DNA from: Lingula anatina
Lineage: Eukaryota; Animalia; Brachiopoda
Assembly: GCA_051362555.1 (NCBI GenBank)
Contig: CM120641.1
Span: forward strand, 18,414,001 to 18,478,000
Reading direction: 5' to 3'
DNA: 64,000 bases
The notes beneath the pieces were generated by a model. The model ran no database searches. It saw only the letters and a program-made list of their open reading frames with translations, and had not been told where the DNA came from. Below, one piece after another: positions 39,224 through 51,400 of the stretch. The first letter of the stretch is position 1; every line of letters starts with the position of its first letter. The position numbers and the translations under genes were made by a program.

Positions 39224-39527
39224 CAGTGGCGTGGGGGGGGGGGGGGGGGTGGGAGTCCTGAACCCCCCTTCCTTCGATTTCTGGGGAAAAAAATCACAAC
39301 AGCATTTCCCTCTTTATATTAGAATTTTGAAGAGCTGAATCATAGTACTAAACTGTACTAAATGGCACCATTTGCCCTCCAAAACACCATAATGTTTTTA
39401 CATGGGCCCCGAACCCCACACCAAGGGAGCTGTGGATGGCTTCACATCCAAGGCCTGTCATTTCAAAAAAAACTTGACCCCCTCCCCCTTCAAATTATCC
39501 TGGATCCCCCCCCCCCCCCCCCCCCCA
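39224..39527. mobile_element. Non-autonomous DNA-transposon MITE (CAGTGGCG...CCTGGATCC family), decayed copy
   Basis: Shares termini and the internal AGCTGAATCATAGT.CTAAAC.GTAC.A.ATGGCAC segment with 48216-48497. Confidence 0.65.
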
Positions 39528-41237
39528 CGAAAAGTGAAGGGCTTGTATTAAATTTCAGTATGCAACTTGCAATCTTTTATTAAATTACTTGAAGCCATTT
39601 ACATGTATTCTGACGTGGTAAATTAAAAAAAATATTTGATTACTACTAGTTAAGTTTAGGTACAGGTAAAGCCTAAACACTATCCAGTTTTTTTTCTTCA
39701 GGATTTCTGCACGCATGCAAGCAAGTACACACACACAGAGTCCTTTCGTGTGCTAGTATACGTTTATTTTAATACTAGTTACATTTACTATACAGACAAG
39801 ATTACACTGTTTTTGCAATATGTTGGCCTGTACACTATGACCGCTTTAATTGAACATGGGGATGTTTATGTACAGCAATTAATTAAATACAGATCTACAT
39901 ATAGTATTAATAGTTAATATAATGGTACACTTTGACATGTTTTAATCTTTTGGCTACAAAACAACCAATATGATTTCAATGTTTTTCAATTAAATATTGA
40001 TAAACATGTATGCCTTACACAATGATGAAAACATTAATACATGTACATGTAGCAGTTGGCAGGGATAAGAGACCAGCATCGTCCCAGCATACTTACATTT
40101 ACTGACAAAAGACATCAATACACATTTCTAGACATTAGTTTATCTGAATGACATTTCAAAGAAAAGAAAGGCACATGTATTCAAATGAGTGGTGAACATA
40201 CCTGCAAACAAATGTGATCAGCATCAAGTTCAAACAAATCTACATTCACCAACTTACTGACAAATGACATCAATGCACATTTCTAGGAAAGCTAATTTCA
40301 ATTGATATAATCTCCAGATAAAAAAATTTGGGCTAAACTTTGCAACAGGCAGTGGGAAATTACCTCTCTCCCTTCATTTTGTGACCTGAGAAAATCTGAG
40401 AAATGACAGATCTACATGCTCTAGGACCATTTTTATGTCAAAACAATGTATTCCCCCCCAAGACCCAGAAACTGACAAAACATTTGACTGAATATCAGTT
40501 ATAACTGAAGTTGTATTATTTATGATGTGCTTACATACTGTAATAAAATTTTAATTGAATCCACTTGAAAAAAGTACTGACATTGCATTTTTTTTTCCAG
40601 TACTTGATGTCAGTAATTTCTTGGGCTAAAATAGTGATGCCATCAAACTGAAATTTTACCCAGACAATGATATTGCTTAAGTGATTGTTCTGAGATTATT
40701 AATTTAAAACATAATTTATGAAATTATGCAAAATGAAAGACTAGTCAAATTTCCTTTTTCTTATCAAGCTAAATGTGGGCAAACATTTGTATGTATTTTA
40801 CTTGTATCACGTTTAAACTTTAAAAGTATCTAATTGCTCAAAAATGTTCAAAAGAAGCAACCAAATGAAATATTACTGCTCCATATGAAAAATGTACAAA
40901 TTTGGGAGCCTTTATTTGGTGCTCAACAAACAACATTCACCTGATTTATCAAATTAAAAATTTACATAATAAGTTACATTGAAAACAAAGAGCCAATGTG
41001 CTTAACTTTATACATCACATATCTAACAAAATAATCTGACATATTTTCACGTCAGATTCATACACAGAAGGAAATTTGCCCCATCAATTGTTGTTGTGAA
41101 GTTAAAGGTCCAACTATTCAACAGCTTGATGATACAAACGGAGACATTTGCTAACTAGTTATAATCCCTTTCACTACATGTGTTATTTGTACTTAAAAAT
41201 ATTCCAGACAGTTCCAAACTATCAACAGATATCTTCT

Positions 41238-44200
41238 TTATCGTAGATCAGGCTCTCCGCTGATTGTCTTTTTGACTCGTAATAGCATAGTTGTTAGCCA
41301 CTGATCCAGACGAGATATGCTATCATAATCTTTGACAGCATCTGTGAAAGCATCCACATTCTGTTCTTCAATTGCTGCCATCAGAGTCTAGAAGAAAGTA
41401 TATAATGGTTGCATTAGAACTTTCTATAAAGAAGCGTAGAAACTGCACAGGCTGATTATTCTTTTTCTTTAAATTCTCAATACAATCTACAATTTTGTGG
41501 CAAATTAAATATAAATAGTGCTCCCAAATTGCAAAACAAACAAAATAAAAAGCAACTTGGGATGTGCTCATCATATTATGCAGAAAATCAAGTTATATTC
41601 CACTTAGAACATATCCTTTAAAAAAAATTCAAATTTTGCTGTGGTTGATTGCATGACAATTATAGTACATGTAAACAAAGTAGAGTTATTTCAGGAACAG
41701 ACCACTGTAGAAACCAGCTACAAAGTAGCAACCCAAAGGAAGACTAAATAACAAAGAAATGAGCTATGCCTTGCAAGAAACAGAGAAGATGGAACCAACA
41801 GAGTACATGATTAAATATAAAAATTGAAAACGTTGTAAAACTAGTAAATAAATATTATTTGGTTATGTTCTTGTAAACTTTGTGGGCAAAAGTCAGCTAA
41901 ACCAAAAAGCAACAAAACCAGACCAGAACAGAATTTTCAGACTGCACCAATTTAGCACAATATGATTCCAAATGCAACTGAAGACTGTACTTTCCAATAA
42001 AACTACATTGACTGAAATCATATGCCAGGTACAATGTAGAACTTAACAAAGAGGTGTTGCATGGTCCTAGGACATCAAGACCAACCTTCATTAATTTACA
42101 TTCTCTTGAATCAGCAAAAGCAGGCGACATTTCCTCAAATCTACCACAGGCCTGCTGTGCATTCAAGAGATCCACGCACATATGGCAAACCAGCGCCTTC
42201 ATAAAATACTCAGTCACAGCATGTTTCAATAAGGGGTTGCTCAATGAAGATGATCCCAGCTAAAAATAAAACATGTTTACATTTACAGATTTGACTTAGT
42301 TATATTCACCTCGATTTCCCCCTGACTCACCTTTAATAATTTATTTTCTCTTTGATCAGCAAAAGCTGGGAACATTTCCTCATACTTTTGAACAGCCTGT
42401 TGGCCATTCAATAAATCTACACACAAGTGACAGAGTGCAGCTTTAAAGAAATATTCCTTGGCACTATATTTCAATAAGGAGTTATCCATAGCAGAAGTAG
42501 CTACCTGGAATTACATAACAAAAATTAAGAGCAAATTGTAACAACAAAAAAAAAAATTAATGTGATTTTTGAAAATTTTTGTCCAGCTCCACTGGAAATG
42601 GATAATCCCATGGATGTCTTAGAGCCATATTTTTTTAATTAAACAAAACTGGAAATGTCTGGTAAGGTAAATCTGGGACAAAAAAAAAAAAAATTCCGAC
42701 AGTTTCTAATAATATACAGTCAAAATTAGTTAAAGGAAACAGACCGAGTGATGCCAATTGTCGAGAGCTTTCTCAGAAATATTCAGTGAGCTTATGGGTG
42801 CATAAATTAAGAATGGAGATCATGTTATTCTACAGAAATTTCACAAAAAGTCAGCAAAGAAACAAAACTTACTGAAATCACAAAACACCAACAAGACTAC
42901 TAAATATAACAAAATTTAACCCAAAGCTCCAATGAGGTAACCATGTTATATGATTGCAAGGTGACTTCAATACTTTCTTTTTATGTGAACATGCTTCAGG
43001 AGTTGGAAGAGAAGCATGAGTTCTCTAATTCAGTACGGAGGAGATAGCTGCAGCTTACAAACCTACCTGTTCATATATGCAGATTGCCTTTTCATATTGT
43101 TCTTGCTGTGCTGCATACATGGCTACTTTCAATAGACACTTGTTAGCAGCACTATAAAATAAGTTTGTACATAAAGACATTTGCATTTATTACTTGCGAT
43201 TAATAACCGATTTTGACACACTGACACTCACTGTGTTTGTAAACCAAGAAAAATAGGATTTTTACTTTATGTGCACCGTTCAACTATTTTTTTTAATTCA
43301 ATTGGTTCATAAACCACCCTAGACGAAAAAAGGAAAACCACAAGAATTACCTATTGGATTCTTCACCCTTGTAGTAATCAGCTGCTTGTTCATAGTTTCT
43401 TGTGGCCTGTAATTAATTTAAAAATATTAAAGGGCTATTTTACAAATTATTTGTTTTAATTAACTAAAATTGTAATAAGTTCTCAAAATATCTAATGAAT
43501 AATGTGAACCTACCACATTAAAAATCATGGAATCAATTGATAGCAAAGCATTTTTATATCTTTTACCATTTTAATATACACATTCTTTGACTTATTGCCT
43601 ATAACTGATTGCTTTCAATATGACATCGAATATCAACCAATAAACACAAGTCCAACCATGGAATTTTCAATGTCCTTATTCTTTACATGCCCTTGAATTA
43701 ATTTATTTAAATAATGAGGAAAGCAGGCCTGCAGCCAGTTATTTTAAAGGCAATTCTTAATCTGAAAAAAAAAACCCCCTTTTTGTGGCAAATCATGCAT
43801 GTTCACAAGATCTGGATCAAATTTTCCATCAAAAAAAGGTAATTTTTTAAATCGTTATCAACCCCCCCCCCCCCCCCCCCGGCCCCTTGAGACTCACACT
43901 CTCCAAGTCCAGCAGCTCCGATTCATACACTTCTGCTATTGTCACATGATGCTTAGCAGCTATGGTAAATCTTCCCTGTAATTAAAGCAGATATATATGT
44001 ATATCGCACTGAAAACAACAATGTACAATATACTGTATGAAAATGCAAGGTTTTAATTTATTTCCTTAAAAATAACTAAATTTTACAAAGACTCTGACCA
44101 AACTATACTTTAACTGCTTGGCCAAGACTAAAATAACAATTTAAAAATAAGTTCACACAAATACTGGCATAACAAAAATGCTCACCATGTCTGAGTAGAT

Positions 44201-46132
44201 TTCAATGGCCTTCATTAAACAGTTAACAGCCTCTGAAATTATAAAATATCAACTTATTTAGTAAATGACAACCTGACCCATTTAAAGCTGTCATTTTTCA
44301 GGCACTGGTGAAAATGTGAAATCTAAGTGAGTAGTAATCCAAATGACTAGTAATGTATGACACAACTGCTGGGCGTAGAATAGCATAAATATTCAAATGA
44401 GTGGCAAAAATGGCTAAGGGAAATATATAGCACTGAAAGAAAACAAAATATCTGTTCAAATATTCTTTTTTAAGAAGTTTAAGATGATGCCCTTTTGGTA
44501 TTTCTTTAAGTTATACAATTTGAAAGTGTATTGTATATGGCTGGGTTTAGTACAAAGATATGACTTTATGTGTAACCTTTAAGCATGGAGCCAGAGATCA
44601 AAAGCATAGTCACAAGAGCCCAAACTACACACCATTGGCATCAGCTTTCTTATAGCAGTTGCCTGCATCTACATAGTTACTGGCAGCTTCGTGTTTGCTC
44701 CCAATCTTACAGAGTTGTATTTGGGCTGCCTGACAGAAAGCACTTCCTGCAGCTGAAAAGAAAAAATGTTCACATTAAAATAACGTGAAAATAATGAATG
44801 ATTACATGCACTGAAGCACTATCTGTACACAATAATTAAGTTTTTTTTTTTTTTTAGTTTCTAAAAGTCATTGTCTTAAAAAGTGGAGGTAATTTCTCAC
44901 AGGGGTGTCAAAGGACCTCCAAATGTTTTACAAGCAGAAATTGATAATTCTGCACTACATAAGGACAACTGATATTTAAAATATTGATGTATTTTTCTAA
45001 AATAATGTGTTTTGGATTTATCTTCAGTCCCTACCTGCCCATTGTTTTGCCATCTTGAATGCATTTGCTGCCCTGACATATAACTCTGCAGCATCTTCCA
45101 GCTTTGAACTGCCACTGTGCCAATAGAAATACATGGATTAATACATGTATGAGCATACAAAGGAAAAATATCAAAGAAGCAGACCAACACTGTTACCACT
45201 ACCTACCAGAAATTCATCAACCGCCCAGGCAAACACAGGTTGGTCTGGCATTTCTAACAAGTGTTTTAAATGTCCACTGAAGTATGTCATATGGATATGC
45301 ATAAAAACAGTATTACCCTCCCCTTGCCTCAGTTTTTGCTTGGTTCTTACTACAGGCAAGTTTCATGACACCCTGTGTTACAAACTCTCAAAGCTATAAA
45401 TATCCACATACATTGTACATTCTAGGGAAAGTGTGTGCCCTCTGTTGCACCTTGTAGTACATGTATATCATTAGCAATTTAAGTCATTTTGCATTGGGCC
45501 GCATACAAGTTTGATAACATTTTAGCCTTTTTATTCCATGCTTGCAGAATTGCTAACACAAATAATAAACAGAAATGTCTAATAGACATCACATACAAGC
45601 CCCAAGGGTTACTGAATAGCTGGAATAAAAAAAAGAGTAAGACACTACCGAAATGGTTTGTGCACCGATACACAGTGACTTTATTTGTAAATGATATGCA
45701 ACACAAGACACGTGGTTTTCCTAGGATTTGGATATTTTAAGTTGCCAGAGTTTGTAACACAGGGTGTTATGAGGCCTTACCTGCATAGCATGTCAGGCCG
45801 AAAACTGAGGCAAATATTAAGTTTCAGTAAAAACAATGTACGAAGATATTAACAGGTATTTAAGCGAAGGGCATGATTGGGGACACATTTAGCATTCACT
45901 ACAAGAACGTGTCATTATCAAAAATATAATGTAACAAATATAATTATGACTGCTGAGTCATATAATCAACGCCAATATACCGCTAGCTGTCAGTGTTAAA
46001 ATGTCAATGACGTGGAACCCTTTCGGGGCATACGACTTACCCAAATAATGACCCTAGAAAACTCTGTGATGATTTGACTTTCTTTTCAGCTTCTGCCAAA
46101 AGCTCTCGAGCCTTTGCTTCGTGGTCAGCCAT
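41238..46132 (-). CDS. NAPA: Alpha-soluble NSF attachment protein (alpha-SNAP), ~293 aa
   Basis: Exons 46041-46132, 45035-45114, 44633-44752, 44186-44232, 43898-43975, 43351-43406, 43067-43151, [42331-42504 or 42086-42259], 41238-41387 total 882 nt with one alternative exon. Motifs: [62 protein letters not shown]-terminal DLR*. Confidence 0.96.
42086..42259 (-). CDS. NAPA: alpha-SNAP exon 8B (duplicated, probably mutually exclusive exon)
   Basis: TTTTTAG| [58 protein letters not shown] |GTTGGT; 174 nt, phase 0-0, no stops or indels relative to 8A. Confidence 0.85.
42331..42504 (-). CDS. NAPA: alpha-SNAP exon 8A (canonical-type alternative exon)
   Basis: TTCCAG| [58 protein letters not shown] |GTGAGT; 174 nt, phase 0-0. 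Confidence 0.93.
45324..45812. mobile_element. Inverted-repeat element (old MITE) in NAPA intron 1
   Basis: ~85-bp imperfect inverted arms TTGCCTCAGTTTT...CACCCTGTGTTACAAACTCT...ATATCC (45324-45405) and their reverse complement at ~45730-45812. Confidence 0.7.
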
Positions 46133-46215
46133 TCCGGCGATATAATCTGACAGATAAACTACTTTCCAATATTTTCAGTATGCATCGATCTGCCCACTTC
46201 CTAGCAGTAGATAAA

Positions 46216-46261
46216 CGCATGCGCAAATTCATTACGCTATACATATGGTATAACGCGCGTG
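46216..46261 (-). promoter_or_regulatory. NAPA proximal promoter with NRF1-like motif
   Basis: CGCATGCGCA at 46216-46225, ~85 bp upstream of the NAPA ATG, with local CpG enrichment. Same motif as in the DPH6/GOLGA5 promoter. Confidence 0.55.
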
Positions 46262-46780
46262 TAAATCCAGAATATTGCTATTTTTTATTATTGGGTCCTA
46301 GTAAGCTCTTGTTAATCCTTAGGTTTAAGTTTCATTAAAACGTGTTTTTTTTCATTATTTAAGAAAAACAAACATAATATATTATATAATTTATATAAAT
46401 TTACAATCCTGGTTTTAAAAAAATTCACATGAAATTTTTGTTCTATAGCATGTAGAACTAATTAATTCATTTGGATATAATTTTCCCTGTATTTTCTTGT
46501 AAAGGGAGGGTCCCATTTCAACAGGTTCTGGATTTGCTATAGTGAATTGTTTTAATTTGGCGGCCTATTCTTGGTAAAAATACTTAATTTGATATTTTAA
46601 CGTAATAATTATAATAATTTGAACATGGGAGGATTCTGATGTAAGCTTAAATTAAGTTAGTTTTTTTAATGGAACTGACTGAAATTGGCCAAAATTTTTT
46701 ATTTTTGAGGGTATAACAGAACAATTTCTTCAGTTTCTGTTCTCTGAACCAAATTTGGTATAATTACAAGACTTGCCCCT

Positions 46781-47338
46781 ACTGTCACCCCCCTAATGCA
46801 ATGGACTCGCCCCACCTGTCACGCCTCTCATGCAATGGACTCGCCCCACCTGTCACCCCCTCTCATGCAATGGACTCGTCCCACCTGTCACCCCTCTCAT
46901 GCAATGGACTCGCCCCACCTGTCACCCCTCTCATGCAATGGACTCGTCCCACCTGTCACCCCTCTCATGCAATGGACTCGTCCCACCTGTCATCCCCCTC
47001 TCATGAAATAGACTCGTCCTACCTGTCACCCTTCTGTGGCAATGGACTCGTCCCACCTATCACCCCTCTCATGCAATGGACTCGCCCCACCTGTCACCCC
47101 GTCTGTGGCAATGGACTCGCCCCACCTGTCACCCCCTCTCATGCAATGGACTCGCCCTATCTGTCACCCCTATCATGCAATGGACTCGCCCCACCTGTCA
47201 CCCCTCCTGTGGTAATGGACTCGCCCACCTGTAACCCCTCCAATGAAATAGATCTGTCCCACCTGCCACCTCTCTGATGGGATGGAATCGGCCCATGTAA
47301 CAGCCGACATCCCTCAGATTGAGTGGACTTCCCCACCT
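46781..47338 (+). repeat. Minisatellite, ~34-bp unit, ~16 copies
   Basis: Unit CATGCAATGGACTCG(C/T)CCCACCTGTCACCCCTCT repeated head-to-tail and degenerating toward the right end. Confidence 0.92.
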
Positions 47339-48215
47339 TATTCAACCTTAGCCTACTTGCTTCAGACAAGTCATCACCGCTAACCTTTTCACTACTCCTG
47401 TGTTAGCTGACCTTGTAAGGAATTTATTAGAATGGATTTTGTAAAATGAAGTTAAAACAATCCATTAATTCATTACAAACGCCAATCAACTATCAGGATT
47501 ACTTGAAAACACCTTTTTCATAAATTTGATAAACCTTATTACATAATTGAAGTCTACTTTTAAAGGTTTTGTAAACGCTTTCCATCATGTCGGTAATTTC
47601 GGGTAGGTACCGACTGCACGAGGGTTCTAAAATCCTCATCGCTCTAGTTGACAACTAACCCCACCCCAATTTGTAATCAGCCACTAGGTGAAGTTAAGAC
47701 AGCGTATGACGGTCAACGACTACTGCTTGTAAATATAACCGACACATATCTTTTGATTTTAATAACATTGTTAGAACGTTTTAATACTAGATGTGATTAT
47801 TTAAGTTGTGCAAATTGTAGTGATGCAAAATATGAAATCCTTTGTTCATGTGTTTTTACTAAAATTAACAAAAATGTATAATTTGTAAATTTCATCAAAA
47901 TTTATATACGGTAATAGAACAGAACTTGCTGGCAACGTTTCTGACAGTGGCAGTGTAGAACGTTAGAATAACGTTTTCCTAACATTTTGTGTAAGCTAGG
48001 TATACGTTACTTCATTATGTTAAAAATATTTATTAACAAGAGACATTATATCTATGAAATCAAACTTGATTTTTTAAAATAAATTCAAATGGCATTAAAT
48101 AGATTTTTTATTAATGATAACAAATAATGAGTCATTGTTTTAAAAGTAACTACAAAAAGTTCAACCTTAAAGGTACACTCCATGGGTTTGAAAATCACCC
48201 AAATGCCATCCACAG

Positions 48216-48497
48216 CAGTGGCGGATTTAGGGAGGGGGGTGTCAGGGGGGGGTCCTGACACTCCCCTTCAATTTCTGAAAAAAAACACACCAATGTCCCC
48301 CCCCCCCTTGCAATTTGAATTTAGGCCAGCTGAATCATAGTTCTAAACCGTACCATATGGCACTGTTCGCCCTTCAGCTTTCGGGGCCCTTCAGCAGCCC
48401 CCGAACGAACCCCACGCCAAGGGGGAGGGGGGGGGTAAGGTTGGCTTCGCATCCGCGGACCCCCCCCCCCCTTCAATTAATCCTGGATCCGCCCCTG
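48216..48497. mobile_element. Non-autonomous DNA-transposon MITE with CAGTGGCGGAT...ATCCGCCCCTG termini
   Basis: Terminal inverted repeats CAGTGGCGGATTTAGG / CCTGGATCCGCCCCTG with G/C-run subterminal regions; related to 39224-39527. No clear TSD seen. Confidence 0.75.
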
Positions 48498-51400
48498 CGT
48501 TACTGTCAGAAATGCAAAACGTTCAGCTGTGAAATGTTTTACTCACTTTGAAAATTCAATCACTGGTTTTGTTCTTTGATTTAATTATCTCCTACAAGTA
48601 TTATTTTTAACGTTGTAAAAATTAAAATAATCTTCTGTATAGAGCAGTTAATTGTCTTTGAACGACTTTAGTTTTCTTGTTACTGAATATTAAAAAAGGG
48701 GGGATACACCCTACCGACAGTAAAATAAGTATTAAATAAATTATTTTTCCCCTCGTGTTCCAAATATTATATCAGAAATGTCAAACTATCATGGAATCAC
48801 AATATATTTTTCGGTCAGCAATAGAAAACACTGTTTTCTATTGCACCAAGTACTTGAACAAAATGAAACATTTTGACATTTTTTGGGGGGAACATACGTT
48901 ACCTATAGCATTAGCCATGACGCTTAAAGCCCCTTGAGTTACAGTTTAAATATTTATGAAAACATCCTTACGTCATGTATAATTACCATGACTGAACCAC
49001 TACAAAATATATCGGAACGCGGTATGAAAACATACGTTACCATACGTTTTGAAGTTTTTTAAGTTCACAACATCAAAAAAATTCTAAATTGGAGAGCTTG
49101 CCTTTGCCCTATCTTTTCAACCCTTGTATTGTTTATTACTGTCTCTTCCCACTAGTACTCAGAGTTAATAAAAATGTAGTAGTGAAATTATGCAATTATG
49201 GGTTGGAAATATTAAAAATTCGATATAGATTGTAGAGTCCCTACTTCCACAGACAGATCTAGGTCCTAGACCTACATGTCTGCTATCATGGTTTTCGTAG
49301 TCTAATTTTCTGCACCTGGGGCGGTATTCTCGAAAGGTTTCGACGTCGAATTTTTTTCGTCTTCGATGCTTACCTTTCTCGGTGAGGAAAACAATTTGTG
49401 CTCCCTTTAGCCATGAGTTATTTTGTCGTTAGTGTGATTCTTAAACAAGAAACACAAAGAACATTACATTCTTAGATCTCGTACAAAAGTAGGATAAGAC
49501 TGGCTAAGAAAAATGTAGTAGTTGCGCGCAATGCAAGCATCTCAACCAAACACAATGGGCACTTCTTATCTTAACTCGGAGAGGAATCTGCGTAGTAAAT
49601 TAGGATATACACTCTCAAAATGAGCAGATATAAGGTTCACGGCAATAATGCTATGATGCCAATCGAAGCTCAATTTAAGGAGAATAAATATGTAGAGTCG
49701 ACAAAGCTACAAAATGCCTAAAAAATCAAGTTTTCTTATGTGTACAAGTTTTCATGACGGTATCCAAACCATCTGGGATGGGCAATAATGATAACATGCA
49801 ACTCTAATGTTATCTGCCATTCGTCAAGGTCGAGTTAAATCGTTTATATAGATGGTGTACATTAAAAAAACAATCCTTTCTAATTAATCTAACCAACGGC
49901 AAGATATAACTGGTCAATATAAAAACCGACACATGCGTAACCACTCATGCCCATGTTGTATAAAAATGGACAAGGTTGTTGGCTACGGCCTTATATCAAG
50001 TGCAAATAAATATTTGATCTCTAAATATAAATTGCGGATGAAAACATGACCATTCACAAGACTAAAACTCGGTCTATTTTGCGTCATACAATTGCTCATG
50101 TTTCTTTTGGGCAGGCTAGAGAAGATCTTTTTCTGTAGGCAATAACCAGGGAATACGGGTGCTGTTGGCCGGAAGTATGGCGACACCCCGTCTGAAGTGC
50201 AGCCCCCATTTCTTCTCCTTATGGCGTGGAAATGTTTTTTAGAAGATGAAATGCTGTATTTGATGTTGTCTTGGTCATCTCAACTGTTGTTTCATGAAAT
50301 AACAAATGCTTATGTAAATAATTAAGTATTCATGATAAGTCTACGAAAAAAATTGCATTCCATAAAGTCTCAACGTTCCTTACAAAAATTATCACACTTT
50401 ACAGTGCACTGACACTAAAGAAGGTACAATTAATTTCTAAATGGGAAATAAAGTCCTTGTTGCAAAGATAAGGCTAAAACAAAGTTAAAGTATCTTCTTT
50501 ACATCCTAACTGTTCTGACTGGGGGGGGGGGGGGGGGGGGGTGGATAACAAAAACGGTGTACAGAAGAGATAATTCATATGAGTAATTGCCAGCACGCGT
50601 AGGCGTACTCACGGCGTTATTTCTATCCTTTTTTTTTTTTTTTTTTTTTCTAGCACTTTTTTCCAGAAGCAGCACGCGTGCAAGGGTTCAAAAGTCCACT
50701 TATTGAAAGACGTCAGTAATTCATCCCACACGTTATGGTATAGGTTCTAAAATCAATAAATCGATCGAAATAATACACTCCGGCATTAAATTGTATTTTA
50801 CGTGATGTTTCACCCTTTTCTGCCTAAGGCTTATGTACTAGAATTGTTGGACATCATTTCAAGCTGCGTAGAACACAGTCGTTTGATTTATTAATGTTCA
50901 TTCATGCAAAATCACAGGTTTAAAATGTATTTGCAGTGTCCATTTACTGCGTTTCGGGAATAAAGTAAATGTACTTCACCGCATCCTGACCTGTAAGTGA
51001 ATAATTCCCTTTTTACTGGTATAATGGATTACATAATTTTCATTATTCAAAGAAGAATTAAAAGCAGGATTTTCGGAATATGTCATGCATGCGAATATTG
51101 GATTTTTTAATCAGCATAATAGAATTAAGTTTATACTCCAGTTGAAACCAAAGGGAAAGATGTTATCAATTTTAAGTATTTGGGAAGAACAATTTTTGAT
51201 TTTTAATTAAAAAATAATGAAATAGCCATTTACATTCTGAAAAAAAAATCTAGAACACTCATATTTTCAATGCAATTCGTTCACTATAGAAAAAAAAACA
51301 CGATTTCCTGGAAATTCGATATGTATGTTTATCAGAACCAACATATTCCTGTACAAAAGTATAAGATCAGATTTGCGCTATACCTGATCTGCTACAGAAT

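Noticed and set aside
41897-42489. A second alpha-SNAP gene or processed pseudogene
   Set aside because: Only one exon is duplicated, inside a single gene with intact splice sites. ORF-track extensions past the donors are intron read-through.
46781-47338. CRISPR-like array, or the repetitive ORFs 46796-47011 and 46801-47277
   Set aside because: Units abut with no unique spacers, the context is eukaryotic and no cas genes are present. The ORFs are translations of the minisatellite.
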